Below are positions 21,176 to 33,049 of a DNA stretch of 64,000 nucleotides, one piece after another (the first letter of the stretch is position 1; each line of letters starts with the position of its first letter). The notes under the pieces were generated by a model that saw nothing but the letters and a program-made list of their open reading frames with translations, was not told where the DNA came from and ran no database searches. Both the position numbers and the translations under genes were made by a program. Where the stretch lies: assembly GCA_963727525.1 (NCBI GenBank), contig CAVSGO010000004.1, positions 22,856 to 86,855 on the forward strand. Direction: 5' to 3'. The DNA comes from an uncultured bacterium (GTDB lineage Bacteria > Krumholzibacteriota > Krumholzibacteriia > LZORAL124-64-63).

Positions 21176-22078
21176 TCAGGGATCCGAGGGGGGAATGTCC
21201 TCTCGTGAACCCGGACCTTGAAACTTGGGCTCGCCGGCGAGTTCCAGAATTCGCGACGCCAGGATGTGGTAGATCTGTAATTCCCAGTTCACCATGCCGG
21301 CCCGCAGGTGGAGCTGACGCAGGTAGGTGAGGAACTTGCGGCGTTCGAATTCCGTGTACGCGAGCGCTTCCATGGCGGCCGCCAGGTGGCCGTACATGGT
21401 GTCCAGCTCGAGCTGGGTCGGCAGCCGCGTGGTGCGGTGGGGATGGCGCACCGACATCTCCGGCCGCGGCGGCGGAGCGCCGGCGCGGGTGCCGATGCCC
21501 ACCCAGTCTTCCTTGCCCTGGGTCCGAAGCCAGGCACGCCGCACCTCCCACGCATAGAGCATCACCGCCTGCGCCAGGTTGAGCGATGGCTGGCTCTCGT
21601 CGGTGGGCACCATCGAGAGAAAGCGGCAGATGTCGACCTCGTCGTTCGTCAGACCCGTGCGCTCGGTCCCGAAGAGGATGGCGACACGTCCCTCGCGGGC
21701 GTGTGCCACCACGCGATCGGCGAGATCGTGGGGCGGCAGCAGCGCGCTCTTGCGCAGTTGGCGCCGCCGGGCCGTGGTGCCACAGACCACCTGGCAGTCG
21801 GCGATCGCCTCGTCGATCGTGCCCACGACCTCCGCCGCCTCGAGCACGTCCTCCGCCCCGTGAGCGAGGGACCGCGCAGTGCGGCCCTTGGGGTTGAGGG
21901 GATCGATCAGGCGCAGGCGCGTCAGGCCCATCGTCTTCATCGCTCGGCACGTTGCGCCGATGTTTGCGGGTTCGGATGTGCGGCTCAGGACAATGACGAC
22001 ATGGTCGAGGAGCGCGGGCCCCTGCGCGCCGACTGGCGCGGCGGGTACGGTGGGTTCGGGGCGATCATCGCGGGTCAT
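21176..22078 (-). CDS. trmJ: TrmJ/LasT SPOUT tRNA methyltransferase
   Basis: PANIGATCRAMKTMG, FGTERTGLTN, SLNLAQAV. Confidence 0.85.
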   Translation of the reverse strand: MTRDDRPEPTVPAAPVGAQGPALLDHVVIVLSRTSEPANIGATCRAMKTMGLTRLRLIDPLNPKGRTARSLAHGAEDVLEAAEVVGTIDEAIADCQVVCGTTARRRQLRKSALLPPHDLADRVVAHAREGRVAILFGTERTGLTNDEVDICRFLSMVPTDESQPSLNLAQAVMLYAWEVRRAWLRTQGKEDWVGIGTRAGAPPPRPEMSVRHPHRTTRLPTQLELDTMYGHLAAAMEALAYTEFERRKFLTYLRQLHLRAGMVNWELQIYHILASRILELAGEPKFQGPGSREDIPPSDP

Positions 22079-22084
22079 GGCGCG

Positions 22085-23374
22085 TCACGCGGTGGCGACC
22101 GCGCGGCTCAGTAGCACCAGCGTCTCGAGTTGCGCGGTCTGGGGAAACATCTCGAGAGGCCGCACGCGCTCCACCGTGTAACCACCGGCCACGAAGGCGG
22201 CACAATCGCGGGCGAGTGTGGCAGGATCGCAACTCAGATACACGACGTGTGAAGGCTGCAGGGCGGCCAGAGCCTCGGTGACGGACTTACCCAGGCCCGT
22301 GCGCGGCGGATCCACGATGACGATCGCCGATGCCCACGGAAACGTCTCGCAAAGCGCCGGGTCGGCCAGCGCGGCCTCCACGTCGAGTGCCTTGACGGTG
22401 ACGCGGCCGCGTGCGGACGTGTCGCGGCGCACATTGTTCTCGAGATCGCGCACTGCACTCTCGTTCGCCTCGACAGCCAGGACCGGATCGCCGAGATCCG
22501 CGAGGCCCAGGGCGAAGAGCCCGACGCCGCTGTAGAGATCGACGAGCGGACCCGGCGCGTCGCGCAGTTCGCCGAGCCAGGCCCGCACCGTCGTCACGGC
22601 GTCCAGCGCAGCCGCGTGGTTGCTCTGGAAGAAGCTGAGATGACTCACGCGATAGCGGTGGTCGCCCACCGACACGACGACGTAATCATGGCCCCAGACG
22701 GGCATGTTGTTGTACATCACGCCCACGAGTCCGTCCGGAAGCTGGCCCTCGGCCAGGATGCGCTTCAGGGACTTCTGCCGCTGTGGTGGTCCGTAGAGAC
22801 TGAGCAACCAGCCGCCTCGCCCGTCGAGGCGCACGAGGACCTGGTCCACGGGCGGAATCTGACGCAGCCAGGGCAGGATGGTGTCCTGGAATAGCGGCGG
22901 CATGACGGCGCAGGTCTGTAGCGGCACCACGTCGTGGGACCCCCGCCGCTTCAGGCCGTAGTGGCCGGTAGGATGGGCCGTGAGGCGGATACGGTTGCGG
23001 TGTCCGAGGCTGGGACAGTCCGCGGGCGGGGGCGCCAGGTGGTCGGCCACGTCGAGCCCGCCGAGTCGGCGTAGGCAGTCGAGCAGGATCTCGCGCCGCG
23101 CCGCCGTCTGCGCCGCCTCGTCGAGGTGCTGGAGATCGCATCCGCCGCAGTCGCCATAGTGGGGGCACGGCGCGTCCCGGCGGCCCGGGCCGGGCGTCAC
23201 GACACGCAGCAACTCGGCTTCGGCAAAGCCCTTGCGATTGGGGCCGATCCTGGCCTCGACCACGTCTCCCGGCGCCGTGAGCGGGACGAACACGGCGCGC
23301 CCATCGTGCCGGGCCAGGCCAGCGCCGCCGGTGACGAGCTTATCGATGGTGAGCTCGACGGTTTCTTTTTGCAT
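22085..23374 (-). CDS. rlmD: TRAM-domain 23S rRNA m5U methyltransferase (RlmD/TrmA family)
   Basis: TRAM N-terminus; CPHYGDCGGC; SFFQSN; DLYSG; VDPPRTG; YLSCDPATLARD; MFPQT. Confidence 0.88.
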   Translation of the reverse strand: MQKETVELTIDKLVTGGAGLARHDGRAVFVPLTAPGDVVEARIGPNRKGFAEAELLRVVTPGPGRRDAPCPHYGDCGGCDLQHLDEAAQTAARREILLDCLRRLGGLDVADHLAPPPADCPSLGHRNRIRLTAHPTGHYGLKRRGSHDVVPLQTCAVMPPLFQDTILPWLRQIPPVDQVLVRLDGRGGWLLSLYGPPQRQKSLKRILAEGQLPDGLVGVMYNNMPVWGHDYVVVSVGDHRYRVSHLSFFQSNHAAALDAVTTVRAWLGELRDAPGPLVDLYSGVGLFALGLADLGDPVLAVEANESAVRDLENNVRRDTSARGRVTVKALDVEAALADPALCETFPWASAIVIVDPPRTGLGKSVTEALAALQPSHVVYLSCDPATLARDCAAFVAGGYTVERVRPLEMFPQTAQLETLVLLSRAVATA

Positions 23375-23537
23375 CGGCCAACCTTAACATCCCGGCCACG
23401 GGGCGGCCACCTCGATGTACCTCGAAGATTGTTGACGGCCGCCTGGCCAGTCGGGCGGTACAACGTTCTTCGTGGTACGAGGCGCGACATGTGGCATGAA
23501 GATCGCTATGATGGACCCAGCGCCAAGGAGGAACCAG

Positions 23538-24173
23538 GTGACGGCACACCGCCACCCGACAAGGCTGTCGCTACTCGTCGTGCTGGTGGCCGTAGCCGCC
23601 GGATGTGCCCCGAAACGGGTGCTACGCGACGGCCATGCGCTCGCGCCCGGTGAGGAGCCCTATGCCGTGGTCGTGCCGACGCCGACCCGGCCAGCGCTTT
23701 CCGACACCGTGGCGACGGCGCCCGCCCCCGCCACGCGTGTGCTCGCGGGTGGCCATGCTGACCTGCCGGCCCCGCGGGGCTACGAGGTCGTGACCGTGGC
23801 CCGTGAGCAGGTCGGGATTCCCTACCGCTACGGTGGCGCCAGTCCCCGGAACGGTTTCGATTGCAGCGGCCTCGTCCAGTGGACCTACGGGCGTATCGGC
23901 GTCGCCCTGCCGCGCACCGCGGCAGGGCAAGCGCGGGTGGGGCAACCGGTCGACCGCCATGCCCTGGAAGCGGGAGATCTGCTCTTCTTCGCCACCCGCG
24001 GCGGTGCATCCATCACGCACGTAGGCATCTATCTGGGAAAACAGCGCTTCGTGCATGCCCCGGGAACCGGCGATCACGTGCGGACGGATTCGCTGAACGA
24101 CGCCTGGTGGAGGCAGCGCTGGAAGGCCACCCGCCGCGTCCTGGATACGGGATCGGCACAGGCCATGCGGTAG
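23538..24173 (+). CDS. NlpC/P60 (C40) peptidase lipoprotein
   Basis: RBS AAGGAGG; AAGC lipobox; PYRYGG, GFDCSG, THVGIY, FVHA. Confidence 0.9.
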   Translation: MTAHRHPTRLSLLVVLVAVAAGCAPKRVLRDGHALAPGEEPYAVVVPTPTRPALSDTVATAPAPATRVLAGGHADLPAPRGYEVVTVAREQVGIPYRYGGASPRNGFDCSGLVQWTYGRIGVALPRTAAGQARVGQPVDRHALEAGDLLFFATRGGASITHVGIYLGKQRFVHAPGTGDHVRTDSLNDAWWRQRWKATRRVLDTGSAQAMR

Positions 24174-24301
24174 ATCTTTCCTCGTCGTGCGGGCGAATTC
24201 CCCGCCCCTGCCAAGAATTCCGACTATAAAGATTGCCGCAAGTTCTTTTCATGGCGTGAGATTTCCGATTCATCACCGCACAGGTTTCGCAACCTCCGGC
24301 G

Positions 24302-24316
24302 TGGCACGCCGCTTGC
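24302..24316 (+). promoter_or_regulatory. Putative sigma54 (-24/-12) promoter of the cheA operon
   Basis: TGGCAC-GCCGC-TTGC matches TGGCAC-N5-TTGC, about 80 bp before cheA. Confidence 0.7.
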
Positions 24317-24397
24317 CCCCGGTCGGACGCAGACCGGTACCGTCCGTACCGGCGGTATCCGGCGCAAGATCGCGTGGGCCCAGGCAGGGGATGTTCC

Positions 24398-27064
24398 ATG
24401 AAGACCAAGGATGCGCGGACGCAGGCCGAAGAGGTTTCCCAGGCACTTGTCTTCGTCGACCCCGGCGATATCGGGAGCATCAGCCCCGTGGCGGCGTCGC
24501 TCGACGAGCTCGCGGACGCATTGCGCGCCGAGGGCCGCGATCGCGAGGCCGCAGCAGTGTCGGCGGCGGCCGGATTCGCACGCTCCTGCCTGGAATCCGG
24601 ACAGATACTTCCGACCCTGCTCGAGGCCATCGGCAAGGCCGTCGAGGGGCTTCAGCTCTGTCTCGATGGGCATGCCACATTCGAAGAAGTTGCCGACATC
24701 CTGACCATCGACGGTGAGACCACCGTGGGGGAGGGCGGCGACGCAGAGCCCGGCGATGGGACGACACCACCGGGGCTTACCGTGTCCACCATCGTCGACG
24801 AAGCCATCGTGAGCGAGTTCCTCGCCCGCCAGACCGACGCGATGCCGGACGTCGAGAAGCTCATCATGGCGCTCGAGAACGCGGCCAACGATGCGACGGC
24901 CGAGGAACTGAAGCGCTGGTTCCACACGCTGAAGGGTGAATCGGGGCTTCTCGGTTTGACCGACGTGGCCGAACTGTGCCACGCCACCGAAGACATGATG
25001 CAGGCCGAGCCCTTGCCGGTGTGTATCGACCGGCTCCTGGCGGTGAAGGACTGGATGCAGAGCACGTTCGACTACATCGCCAAGAGCGGACCTAATCCGG
25101 TGCCCGTGGCCGAGTTGCTGGCCGCGTTGCAGGAGACGGCGCCGGTCGTGATCGCCGCGGCAGATTCCGCGACGGCGACCCCCGCGTCCGACCACCTCGA
25201 TCTGGCCGCCGTGAATCTGCCCGACTACACCGACCGTAGTCTGCTAGATGGCGATGTCGGCTTGATCCAGGACTTTATCGGCGAGTCGAACGAGCATCTC
25301 GACGCCGCCGAGGCGCACCTGCTGACGCTCGACGCCGACCCGCGCGAGGCCGAGGCGCTCAATGCCGTATTTCGCGGCTTCCACTCGATCAAGGGCCTGG
25401 CCGGGTTCTGCGAGCTCGACCACATCAAGGAACTGGCGCACAAGGCCGAGAACCTCCTCGACATGGCGCGCAAGGGCGAGATCGACCTCGCTGGCGGCAT
25501 GATGGACCTGGTGTTCGAGTCGGTCGACCTGATGAAACGGCTGGTGGAGGAAGTCGCCAAGGCTCTTGCCGGCAATGGTTACCTGACGGCCGAGGACCGG
25601 CTACCGCGCCTCATCGTCCGGCTCGGCGCGGCGACGAGCAGCGAGGCCATCGCGGCCGCGCCGCGTCGCGAGACGCCCCCGGCGCCGCCACCCGAGCCCG
25701 CGCCACTCGCGGCGGGCACGGCGGGCAAGAGCGGATTCATCCCGCTCGCGAACCTGAAGAAGAAGGCGTCCCCCGCGGCGGCACCAGCCCAGCCGGCGCC
25801 GGTCACGAGCGGGCCGCCGCGCGCCGCCGGCGCGAACCAGGGCGTGAAGGTGAAGGAGGCGATGCGTGTCGACGCCGAGCGCCTCGATCGCCTCATCGAT
25901 ACGATCGGCGAGCTCGTGATCGCCGAGTCGATGGTGAGCCAGAATCCGGAAGTGCGTCACGACATGTCCGTGAAGCTGGCCAAGGACCTCGACCATCTCG
26001 ATAAGATCTCCCGCGAGCTGCAGGAGATCGGCATGTCCCTGCGCATGGTGCCCGTGCGTCCGGTGTTCCAGAAGATGGCACGCCTGGTACGCGACCTCGC
26101 GAAGAAGACAGACCGCCATATCGAGTTCGTGATGTCGGGCGAGGATACGGAACTCGACAAGAACGTGGTCGACAAGATCGGCGATCCGCTCGTACACATG
26201 GTGCGCAACGCCGTGGACCACGGCATCGAGGATTCGGCCGCGGCCCGTCGCGCCGCCGGCAAGTCCGAGATGGGGCGCATCGAGCTGCGGGCGTTCCACA
26301 AGGGCGGCAATATCGTCATCGAGATCGAGGACGACGGCCGTGGGCTCAACCGCGAACGCATCCTGCAGAAAGCCTACGAGCGCGGTCTGCTGCGCGAGGG
26401 CGACGTGCCTTCGGATCGCGAGATCTTCAACCTCATCTTCGAACCGGGTTTCTCCACTGCGAAACAGGTGACCGACATCTCCGGCCGCGGCGTCGGCATG
26501 GACGTGGTGCGACGCAACATCGAGGAGTTGCGCGGGACGTGCGAGATCCAGTCGTTGCCGGGCAAGGGTTCGGTATTCAGCGTGAAGCTGCCGCTGACGT
26601 TGGCGATCATCGAGGGCATGGTCGTCAGCTGCGCCAAGGAACATTACATCATTCCTACGCTGTCGGTGGTGCGCCTGATCCGGCCGCAGGCCGACGACAT
26701 CTTCAACATCTTCGACCGGGGCGAGATGCTCGCATTCGCGGACGAGCACCTGCCGCTTTTCCGGTTGCACCGCCTCTTCGATCTGACGACCGAGCATACC
26801 GACCCCACGCAGGCCGTGGTGGTGGTGGTGGAGGACGAGGGACGACGGATCGGACTGCTCGCCGACGACCTGCTCGGCCAGCAATCGATCGTCATCAAGA
26901 GTCTCGGCGAGTCCATGCAGACCACCGAGGGCGTCGCCGGCGGCGCCATCATGTCCAACGGGACGGTGGCCCTGATCCTCGACGTGGCCGGACTCATCCG
27001 TGTGGCCCACGCGAACAACACGACAGGCACCGGCGTCGGCGAGACGTCGGCGACCGCAGATTGA
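24398..27064 (+). CDS. cheA: Chemotaxis histidine kinase CheA with two Hpt domains
   Basis: FHTLKG and FHSIKG Hpt motifs; RVDAERLD dimerisation; HMVRNAVDHG, DDGRG, GFST, GRGVGMDVV; C-terminal CheW domain. Confidence 0.95.
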   Translation: MKTKDARTQAEEVSQALVFVDPGDIGSISPVAASLDELADALRAEGRDREAAAVSAAAGFARSCLESGQILPTLLEAIGKAVEGLQLCLDGHATFEEVADILTIDGETTVGEGGDAEPGDGTTPPGLTVSTIVDEAIVSEFLARQTDAMPDVEKLIMALENAANDATAEELKRWFHTLKGESGLLGLTDVAELCHATEDMMQAEPLPVCIDRLLAVKDWMQSTFDYIAKSGPNPVPVAELLAALQETAPVVIAAADSATATPASDHLDLAAVNLPDYTDRSLLDGDVGLIQDFIGESNEHLDAAEAHLLTLDADPREAEALNAVFRGFHSIKGLAGFCELDHIKELAHKAENLLDMARKGEIDLAGGMMDLVFESVDLMKRLVEEVAKALAGNGYLTAEDRLPRLIVRLGAATSSEAIAAAPRRETPPAPPPEPAPLAAGTAGKSGFIPLANLKKKASPAAAPAQPAPVTSGPPRAAGANQGVKVKEAMRVDAERLDRLIDTIGELVIAESMVSQNPEVRHDMSVKLAKDLDHLDKISRELQEIGMSLRMVPVRPVFQKMARLVRDLAKKTDRHIEFVMSGEDTELDKNVVDKIGDPLVHMVRNAVDHGIEDSAAARRAAGKSEMGRIELRAFHKGGNIVIEIEDDGRGLNRERILQKAYERGLLREGDVPSDREIFNLIFEPGFSTAKQVTDISGRGVGMDVVRRNIEELRGTCEIQSLPGKGSVFSVKLPLTLAIIEGMVVSCAKEHYIIPTLSVVRLIRPQADDIFNIFDRGEMLAFADEHLPLFRLHRLFDLTTEHTDPTQAVVVVVEDEGRRIGLLADDLLGQQSIVIKSLGESMQTTEGVAGGAIMSNGTVALILDVAGLIRVAHANNTTGTGVGETSATAD

Positions 27065-27085
27065 GCGCTCATGGAGGTAGCAACG

Positions 27086-27586
27086 ATGTCCACCGAAACG
27101 CAGCTGGCCATCCTGGCCAAGCCCGGAAAGTATCTCTCGTTCGTTCTCGGACGCGAGGAGTACGGACTGGAGATCCTGAAGGTCCAGGAGATCATCGGCA
27201 TGATGACCGTCACCAAGGTGCCTCGAACGCCGCACTTCGTGCGCGGTGTTCTGAACCTGCGTGGTCGGGTGATCCCGGTGGTCGATCTGCGCGGCAAGTT
27301 CGCGATGGCGTCCGTCGAGGACACCGAGAAGACGTGCATCATCGTCGTCCAGGTCAGCCAGAACGATCTCACCGTGACGATGGGCATCATCGTCGACGAG
27401 GTGTCGGAGGTCCTGAACTTCGCGGTCGACCAGATCGAACCCGCGCCCAGCTTCGGTGGCGGCATGGAAGCCGCCGACTACATCACAGGTATGGGCAAGC
27501 TCGGCAAGAAGGTCGTGATCCTGCTCGATGTCGACCGCGTGCTTTACGGCGAGGAACTGGCCGCGATCGCGCACGCGGCCCAGTAA
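27086..27586 (+). CDS. cheW: Chemotaxis coupling protein CheW
   Basis: RBS GGAGG; KVQEII, GVLNLRGRVIPVVDLR, GIIVDEVSEV. Confidence 0.95.
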   Translation: MSTETQLAILAKPGKYLSFVLGREEYGLEILKVQEIIGMMTVTKVPRTPHFVRGVLNLRGRVIPVVDLRGKFAMASVEDTEKTCIIVVQVSQNDLTVTMGIIVDEVSEVLNFAVDQIEPAPSFGGGMEAADYITGMGKLGKKVVILLDVDRVLYGEELAAIAHAAQ

Positions 27587-27636
27587 TCTCCCCAACCGCT
27601 TCCGCGGCGCGCAGGCGAACCACGGAAGCCAGGCGG

Positions 27637-28170
27637 ATGGAGCGAGCATTGTCGAATCTCCTGCAGGAGCGCCGAAAGATCACGCCGGGGGTGAAGACCA
27701 TCACGGTCGATATCTCGGACATGAAGGTGTCCGACGATCCGGACACCATTCTCGTCACCTACTCGCTGGGTTCGTGCGTGGGGGTCTCGGTCTACGACCC
27801 GGTGGCCGGGGTGGGGGGCATGATCCACTGCATGCTGCCCCTTTCCAAGATCGACGAGACGAAGGCCAAGGCGCGTCCCTACATGTTCGTGGACACCGGC
27901 GTGATCGCGATGCTCACTGCCGTGTATGCCATGGGCGGGCAACGTCAGAACCTCGTGGCGAAGGTTGCGGGCGCCGGTTCGCCCCTGGGCAAGGAAGAGA
28001 CCTTCCGCATCGGCCAGCGCAACTACACGATCCTGCGCAAGCTGCTGTGGAAGAACAACATCCTCATCGACGCCGAGGACATCGGCGGCGCATCTGCTCG
28101 CACGATGTATCTCTATCTGCGCGATGGCCTGACCACGGTCAAGAGCGGCGGCAAGGAAGTGCCCCTATGA
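27637..28170 (+). CDS. cheD: Chemoreceptor glutamine deamidase CheD
   Basis: TYSLGSCVGV, GGMIHCMLP, AKVAGAG, IGQRN, EDIGG. Confidence 0.9.
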   Translation: MERALSNLLQERRKITPGVKTITVDISDMKVSDDPDTILVTYSLGSCVGVSVYDPVAGVGGMIHCMLPLSKIDETKAKARPYMFVDTGVIAMLTAVYAMGGQRQNLVAKVAGAGSPLGKEETFRIGQRNYTILRKLLWKNNILIDAEDIGGASARTMYLYLRDGLTTVKSGGKEVPL

Positions 28171-29057
28171 CACGACGCGACGAGATTCTCGCCCAGGTGA
28201 AATCCGTACCCTCGCTGCCCGCCGTGGTGGTGAAGCTGCGCGAGTACCTGGATGATCCCGAGGTCAACTTCAACGATCTGGCGCGGGTCATCGAGGTCGA
28301 TCCGGGCCTCACCGCGAACGTCCTTCAGCTCGCCAACTCGGCCTATTTCGGCTGGCACGGTTCGATATCCTCGGTGCGGGATGCGATCAGCCGCCTTGGC
28401 ACGAAGCGCATCTTCCAGATGGTGCTGTGCATGTCGGTGGCGCCCATGGCGCGCCGCCCGGTCAAGGGCTACGATCTCACGAGCGACCAGCTCTGGGATC
28501 ACAGCATCGCCGTGGCGATGTGCTCCGAGCAGCTCGGTTACAAGCTGCAGCTCGCGTCCGCCATGCAGGCCTTCACGGCGGGTCTCCTGCACGACCTGGG
28601 CAAGGTCATCCTGGGGACGTTCGTCGAGATCGACGACGAGCCCATCAAGGAGATCATGGAATCCGACGATCTCTCCTTCGACCAGGCGGAGCGCATGGTG
28701 CTGGGAATCGACCATGCGGAAGTCGGTGCCCACCTCATGCAGGACTGGAATCTGCCCGAGGACGTCGTGGCGGCGACGCGCTGGCATCACGATCCCGCGA
28801 CGAACGACACCTGGCATCAGGAGATGGTGGATCTCGTGCACTGCGCGGACGTGATCTGCATCAACGTGGGCTGGGGCGGCGGTGTCGACGGGCTCCACTA
28901 TCGCCTCGACGAGGACGCGGCAGGCCGACTCGGTCTCAATGTCCGTATCGCCGAGGACGTCGCGGCGAAGGTCATGATCGGGCTGCAGGAGCTGAAGGCC
29001 CTGTTCACTCCCAGTACGGAAGGGAATACTCATGGCGTGCAACATTCTGCTCGTTGA
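28167..29057 (+). CDS. HDOD domain protein
   Basis: PSLPAVV, DPGLTANVLQLANSAYFG, LWDHS, AGLLHDLGK, DHAEVGA..W. Confidence 0.92.
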   Translation: MTRRDEILAQVKSVPSLPAVVVKLREYLDDPEVNFNDLARVIEVDPGLTANVLQLANSAYFGWHGSISSVRDAISRLGTKRIFQMVLCMSVAPMARRPVKGYDLTSDQLWDHSIAVAMCSEQLGYKLQLASAMQAFTAGLLHDLGKVILGTFVEIDDEPIKEIMESDDLSFDQAERMVLGIDHAEVGAHLMQDWNLPEDVVAATRWHHDPATNDTWHQEMVDLVHCADVICINVGWGGGVDGLHYRLDEDAAGRLGLNVRIAEDVAAKVMIGLQELKALFTPSTEGNTHGVQHSAR

Positions 29058-29413
29058 CGATTCGGCCACGGTGCGGGCCGTGATCAAGAAAGCTCTCCAG
29101 CTCTCGGGGGTCGACGTCGGCGAGTTGCACGAGGCCGCCAATGGCCGCGAGGCCCTGGATGTCCTCGATCAGCAGTGGGTCGATCTCGTCTTCGCCGACA
29201 TCTGCATGCCGGTGATGGACGGAGAGGAGTTCGTGGACGTTCTACGGGAACGCGGCGCCCTGGATACGTTGCCGGTGGTCGTCGTGTCGTCCGCAGGTAG
29301 CGAACCACGAGTCTCGCGGCTTCGCGAGAAGGGTGTGCGGGACTACATCCAGAAGCCATTCACGCCGGAGCGCATCCGGGAAGTCGTGGACCAGGTGATG
29401 GGGGTGAAGAATC

Positions 29414-29424
<11 letters not shown>
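29032..29424 (+). CDS. cheY: CheY-like single-domain response regulator
   Basis: LLVDDS, phospho-Asp ADICMPVMDG, YIQKPFT. Confidence 0.88.
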
Positions 29425-30930
<1,506 letters not shown>

Positions 30931-31019
30931 GTATCCCGACGCAGTTCTTCCACGATGGCACACGGGCGAGACCGGCCCCGGGGGATTCCTGGACCGGTCG
31001 ACCGGCGCGTGGGGACGGG

Positions 31020-31502
31020 TCAGCGGCTGAGCAAGCCGAGCGTTGCCACCCCGAATGGCGTCTCGCCTCTCAGGTCTACCCGGCGGCTCGGATTCAGGAT
31101 CCAGGCCGCATCGCTGCCGGCCTGAGGAGCCGTATACAGCTCGGGCTCGCTGGGTGTGACGTGAGGGTTCATCTCGATCCGATTGAGCATGCCGCGTAGG
31201 TTGTTGAAGACCTCGCCCAGGCCGTCGAGTACGGCATCGGACGCCTTGCCCTGCGTCTTCATCCCCATGAGCGTGGGCGCGGGCATCATGATCAGTTCGC
31301 CACCCAGGTAGAGCGAGGCCGCGAGATCCGAGACGATGGCGCCCTCGATGGCTCCGCCGGCCCCTTTCAACCAGGTGATGTAGGTACCGCGCGGCGGTAC
31401 CGCGAGGTCGATGCCCGGGCCGTCCGCCAGGGGCGGACGCTCGCCGATGAACATGCTCAGCAGATCGAGAACGGCTTTGGTATCGGGAAGCGCGAGCGTC
31501 AC
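31020..31502 (-). CDS. Hypothetical CheC/CheX-like protein
   Basis: Third gene of cheY operon; DGLGEVFNNLRG (ExxN). Confidence 0.55.
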   Translation of the reverse strand: MTLALPDTKAVLDLLSMFIGERPPLADGPGIDLAVPPRGTYITWLKGAGGAIEGAIVSDLAASLYLGGELIMMPAPTLMGMKTQGKASDAVLDGLGEVFNNLRGMLNRIEMNPHVTPSEPELYTAPQAGSDAAWILNPSRRVDLRGETPFGVATLGLLSR

Positions 31503-31505
31503 GGT

Positions 31506-32570
31506 TCAGCCCTCCTGCCAGATGAGAATCACGTGAATGACCAGACCATCGGGACCGTTGAGGCTCTGGGAGAGCCCGCGCAGCCCGCAGGCGAAGAATT
31601 CGATGCAGCCGCGCCCTTCCATGAAGAGCGGCAGGCCGAGCTGGACGCGCTCGCCGGCCTCGAGGCGTTTGGCCTTGAGCACGCCAGCGGCGACGTTGAC
31701 GAGCTCGCCGAGGCCGTCGGCGAGGTCGTCGAGTTCGGGCTCCTCGTCCGCGTCCATGGCAAAGAGCACGCGCGTGAGTTGGTTGCAGCTCGAGCGATCA
31801 GCCATGACGGCGAGGTTCCAGCCTCCGCCGACTTCCGTCGTCAGGGCGATCGAACTACCGAAGTCGACTTTTGCCTCGCGCGGGTCGCTGGGATCGCTCT
31901 GGACGTCGAGCTTCAACCCGACTTGGACGTCGCAGGTCGTGATGGTGGCTTCCACCGCTTCCTGCAGAACCGTGATAGGTAGCGACTCGGCCACGTCCAG
32001 GGGCTCGCTGGTCTGCGTCGTCATGGGGAAGTTCCCTCCTGTCGGGTCACCGCTCTGCCAGATCAGAATCACCTGCATTTCCTGTCCATCGGGATCGCGC
32101 AGCTTCTGCGCGATGGCGTTGACACCCTTCGAGAAGAACCGGATCCAGCCGCTGCCGCGCATGAAGATCGGCAGCCCGAGCTGGTAGGACTCGTCCCGTT
32201 TCTTGCGGAACGTCTTCCAGAGACCGGCGGCGACGTTGGGGACCTCGACGAGCGAGTCCGCCAGATCACAGAGAGCCGGTTCCGTATCGGGGTCGAGGTC
32301 GAGAGCGAGGGTGGCGATCGACCGGGTCGCGGCCTCGCTGCATACCACGGCGAAATTGAAGAGCGTGCTCGGGCTGGTCACGGCGATCGTGCTGCCGTAG
32401 TCGCTGGCCCCGAGGTCAGGCGCGCCCGGCATGCCGACGGGGGTGACCTGCCAGCCGAGCTGGATCGCGAAGGTCTGTCGGGTGGCTTCCACCGCGTCGC
32501 GCAACGCATCGAGCTTCGACATCAGGTCGAGCTGCAGGGCAGGCGTGATCTGTGTGGAGGGTTGCGTCAC
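31506..32570 (-). CDS. Tandem double CheX-like protein
   Basis: Two repeats: LADSLVEVPNVAAG...QLGLPIFM...LIWQ and LADGLGELVNVAAG...QLGLPLFM...LIWQ. Confidence 0.72.
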   Translation of the reverse strand: MTQPSTQITPALQLDLMSKLDALRDAVEATRQTFAIQLGWQVTPVGMPGAPDLGASDYGSTIAVTSPSTLFNFAVVCSEAATRSIATLALDLDPDTEPALCDLADSLVEVPNVAAGLWKTFRKKRDESYQLGLPIFMRGSGWIRFFSKGVNAIAQKLRDPDGQEMQVILIWQSGDPTGGNFPMTTQTSEPLDVAESLPITVLQEAVEATITTCDVQVGLKLDVQSDPSDPREAKVDFGSSIALTTEVGGGWNLAVMADRSSCNQLTRVLFAMDADEEPELDDLADGLGELVNVAAGVLKAKRLEAGERVQLGLPLFMEGRGCIEFFACGLRGLSQSLNGPDGLVIHVILIWQEG

Positions 32571-32929
32571 GAGACGAATGCCCCCAGGACCTGGCCCATG
32601 TCCTCGGCCGTGAAGGGCTTGGCGAGCAGGAACATGGCGCCCGCCTCGGTGGCGGCCTCCACCATATCGCCCGTGCTCTCCGAGGTGACGAAACCGAACG
32701 GGATCTCGATCCCCTTCGCGTTCAGCTCGCGCAGGAACTCGATACCGGTCATCTCGGGCATGTGCCAGTCCGACAGGATCAGATCGGGCTTCTCGGCGTC
32801 GACGACGGTGAGAGCCTCACGCCCATTCTCGGCCTCGACGATATCGTGACCGGTGTAACCTGCCTGGCGGATGGTCCGCGACACGATGCGCCGCATGGCG
32901 CGGCTGTCGTCGACGACCAGGATCTTCAT
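32567..32929 (-). CDS. cheY: CheY-like single-domain response regulator
   Basis: RBS GAGGAGG; ILVVDDS, LILSDWHMPEMTG, FVTSE, LAKPFT. Confidence 0.9.
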   Translation of the reverse strand: MKILVVDDSRAMRRIVSRTIRQAGYTGHDIVEAENGREALTVVDAEKPDLILSDWHMPEMTGIEFLRELNAKGIEIPFGFVTSESTGDMVEAATEAGAMFLLAKPFTAEDMGQVLGAFVS

Positions 32930-32986
32930 GGTGGCCTCCTCTGCGAGTCTCGCGATTGCTCCCGGGGGGCGCGCCCCTGCGATGCG

Positions 32987-33013
32987 ATTTCGGCCGGCAC
33001 CAGATGGGCTTTA
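32987..33013 (-). promoter_or_regulatory. Putative sigma28 (FliA) promoter
   Basis: Minus strand TAAA-N15-GCCGAAAT versus consensus TAAA-N15-GCCGATAA, 57 bp before cheY. Confidence 0.7.
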
Positions 33014-33049
33014 CTGAAAATCCCGACGACGGGATTGGTGGACGGGTTT

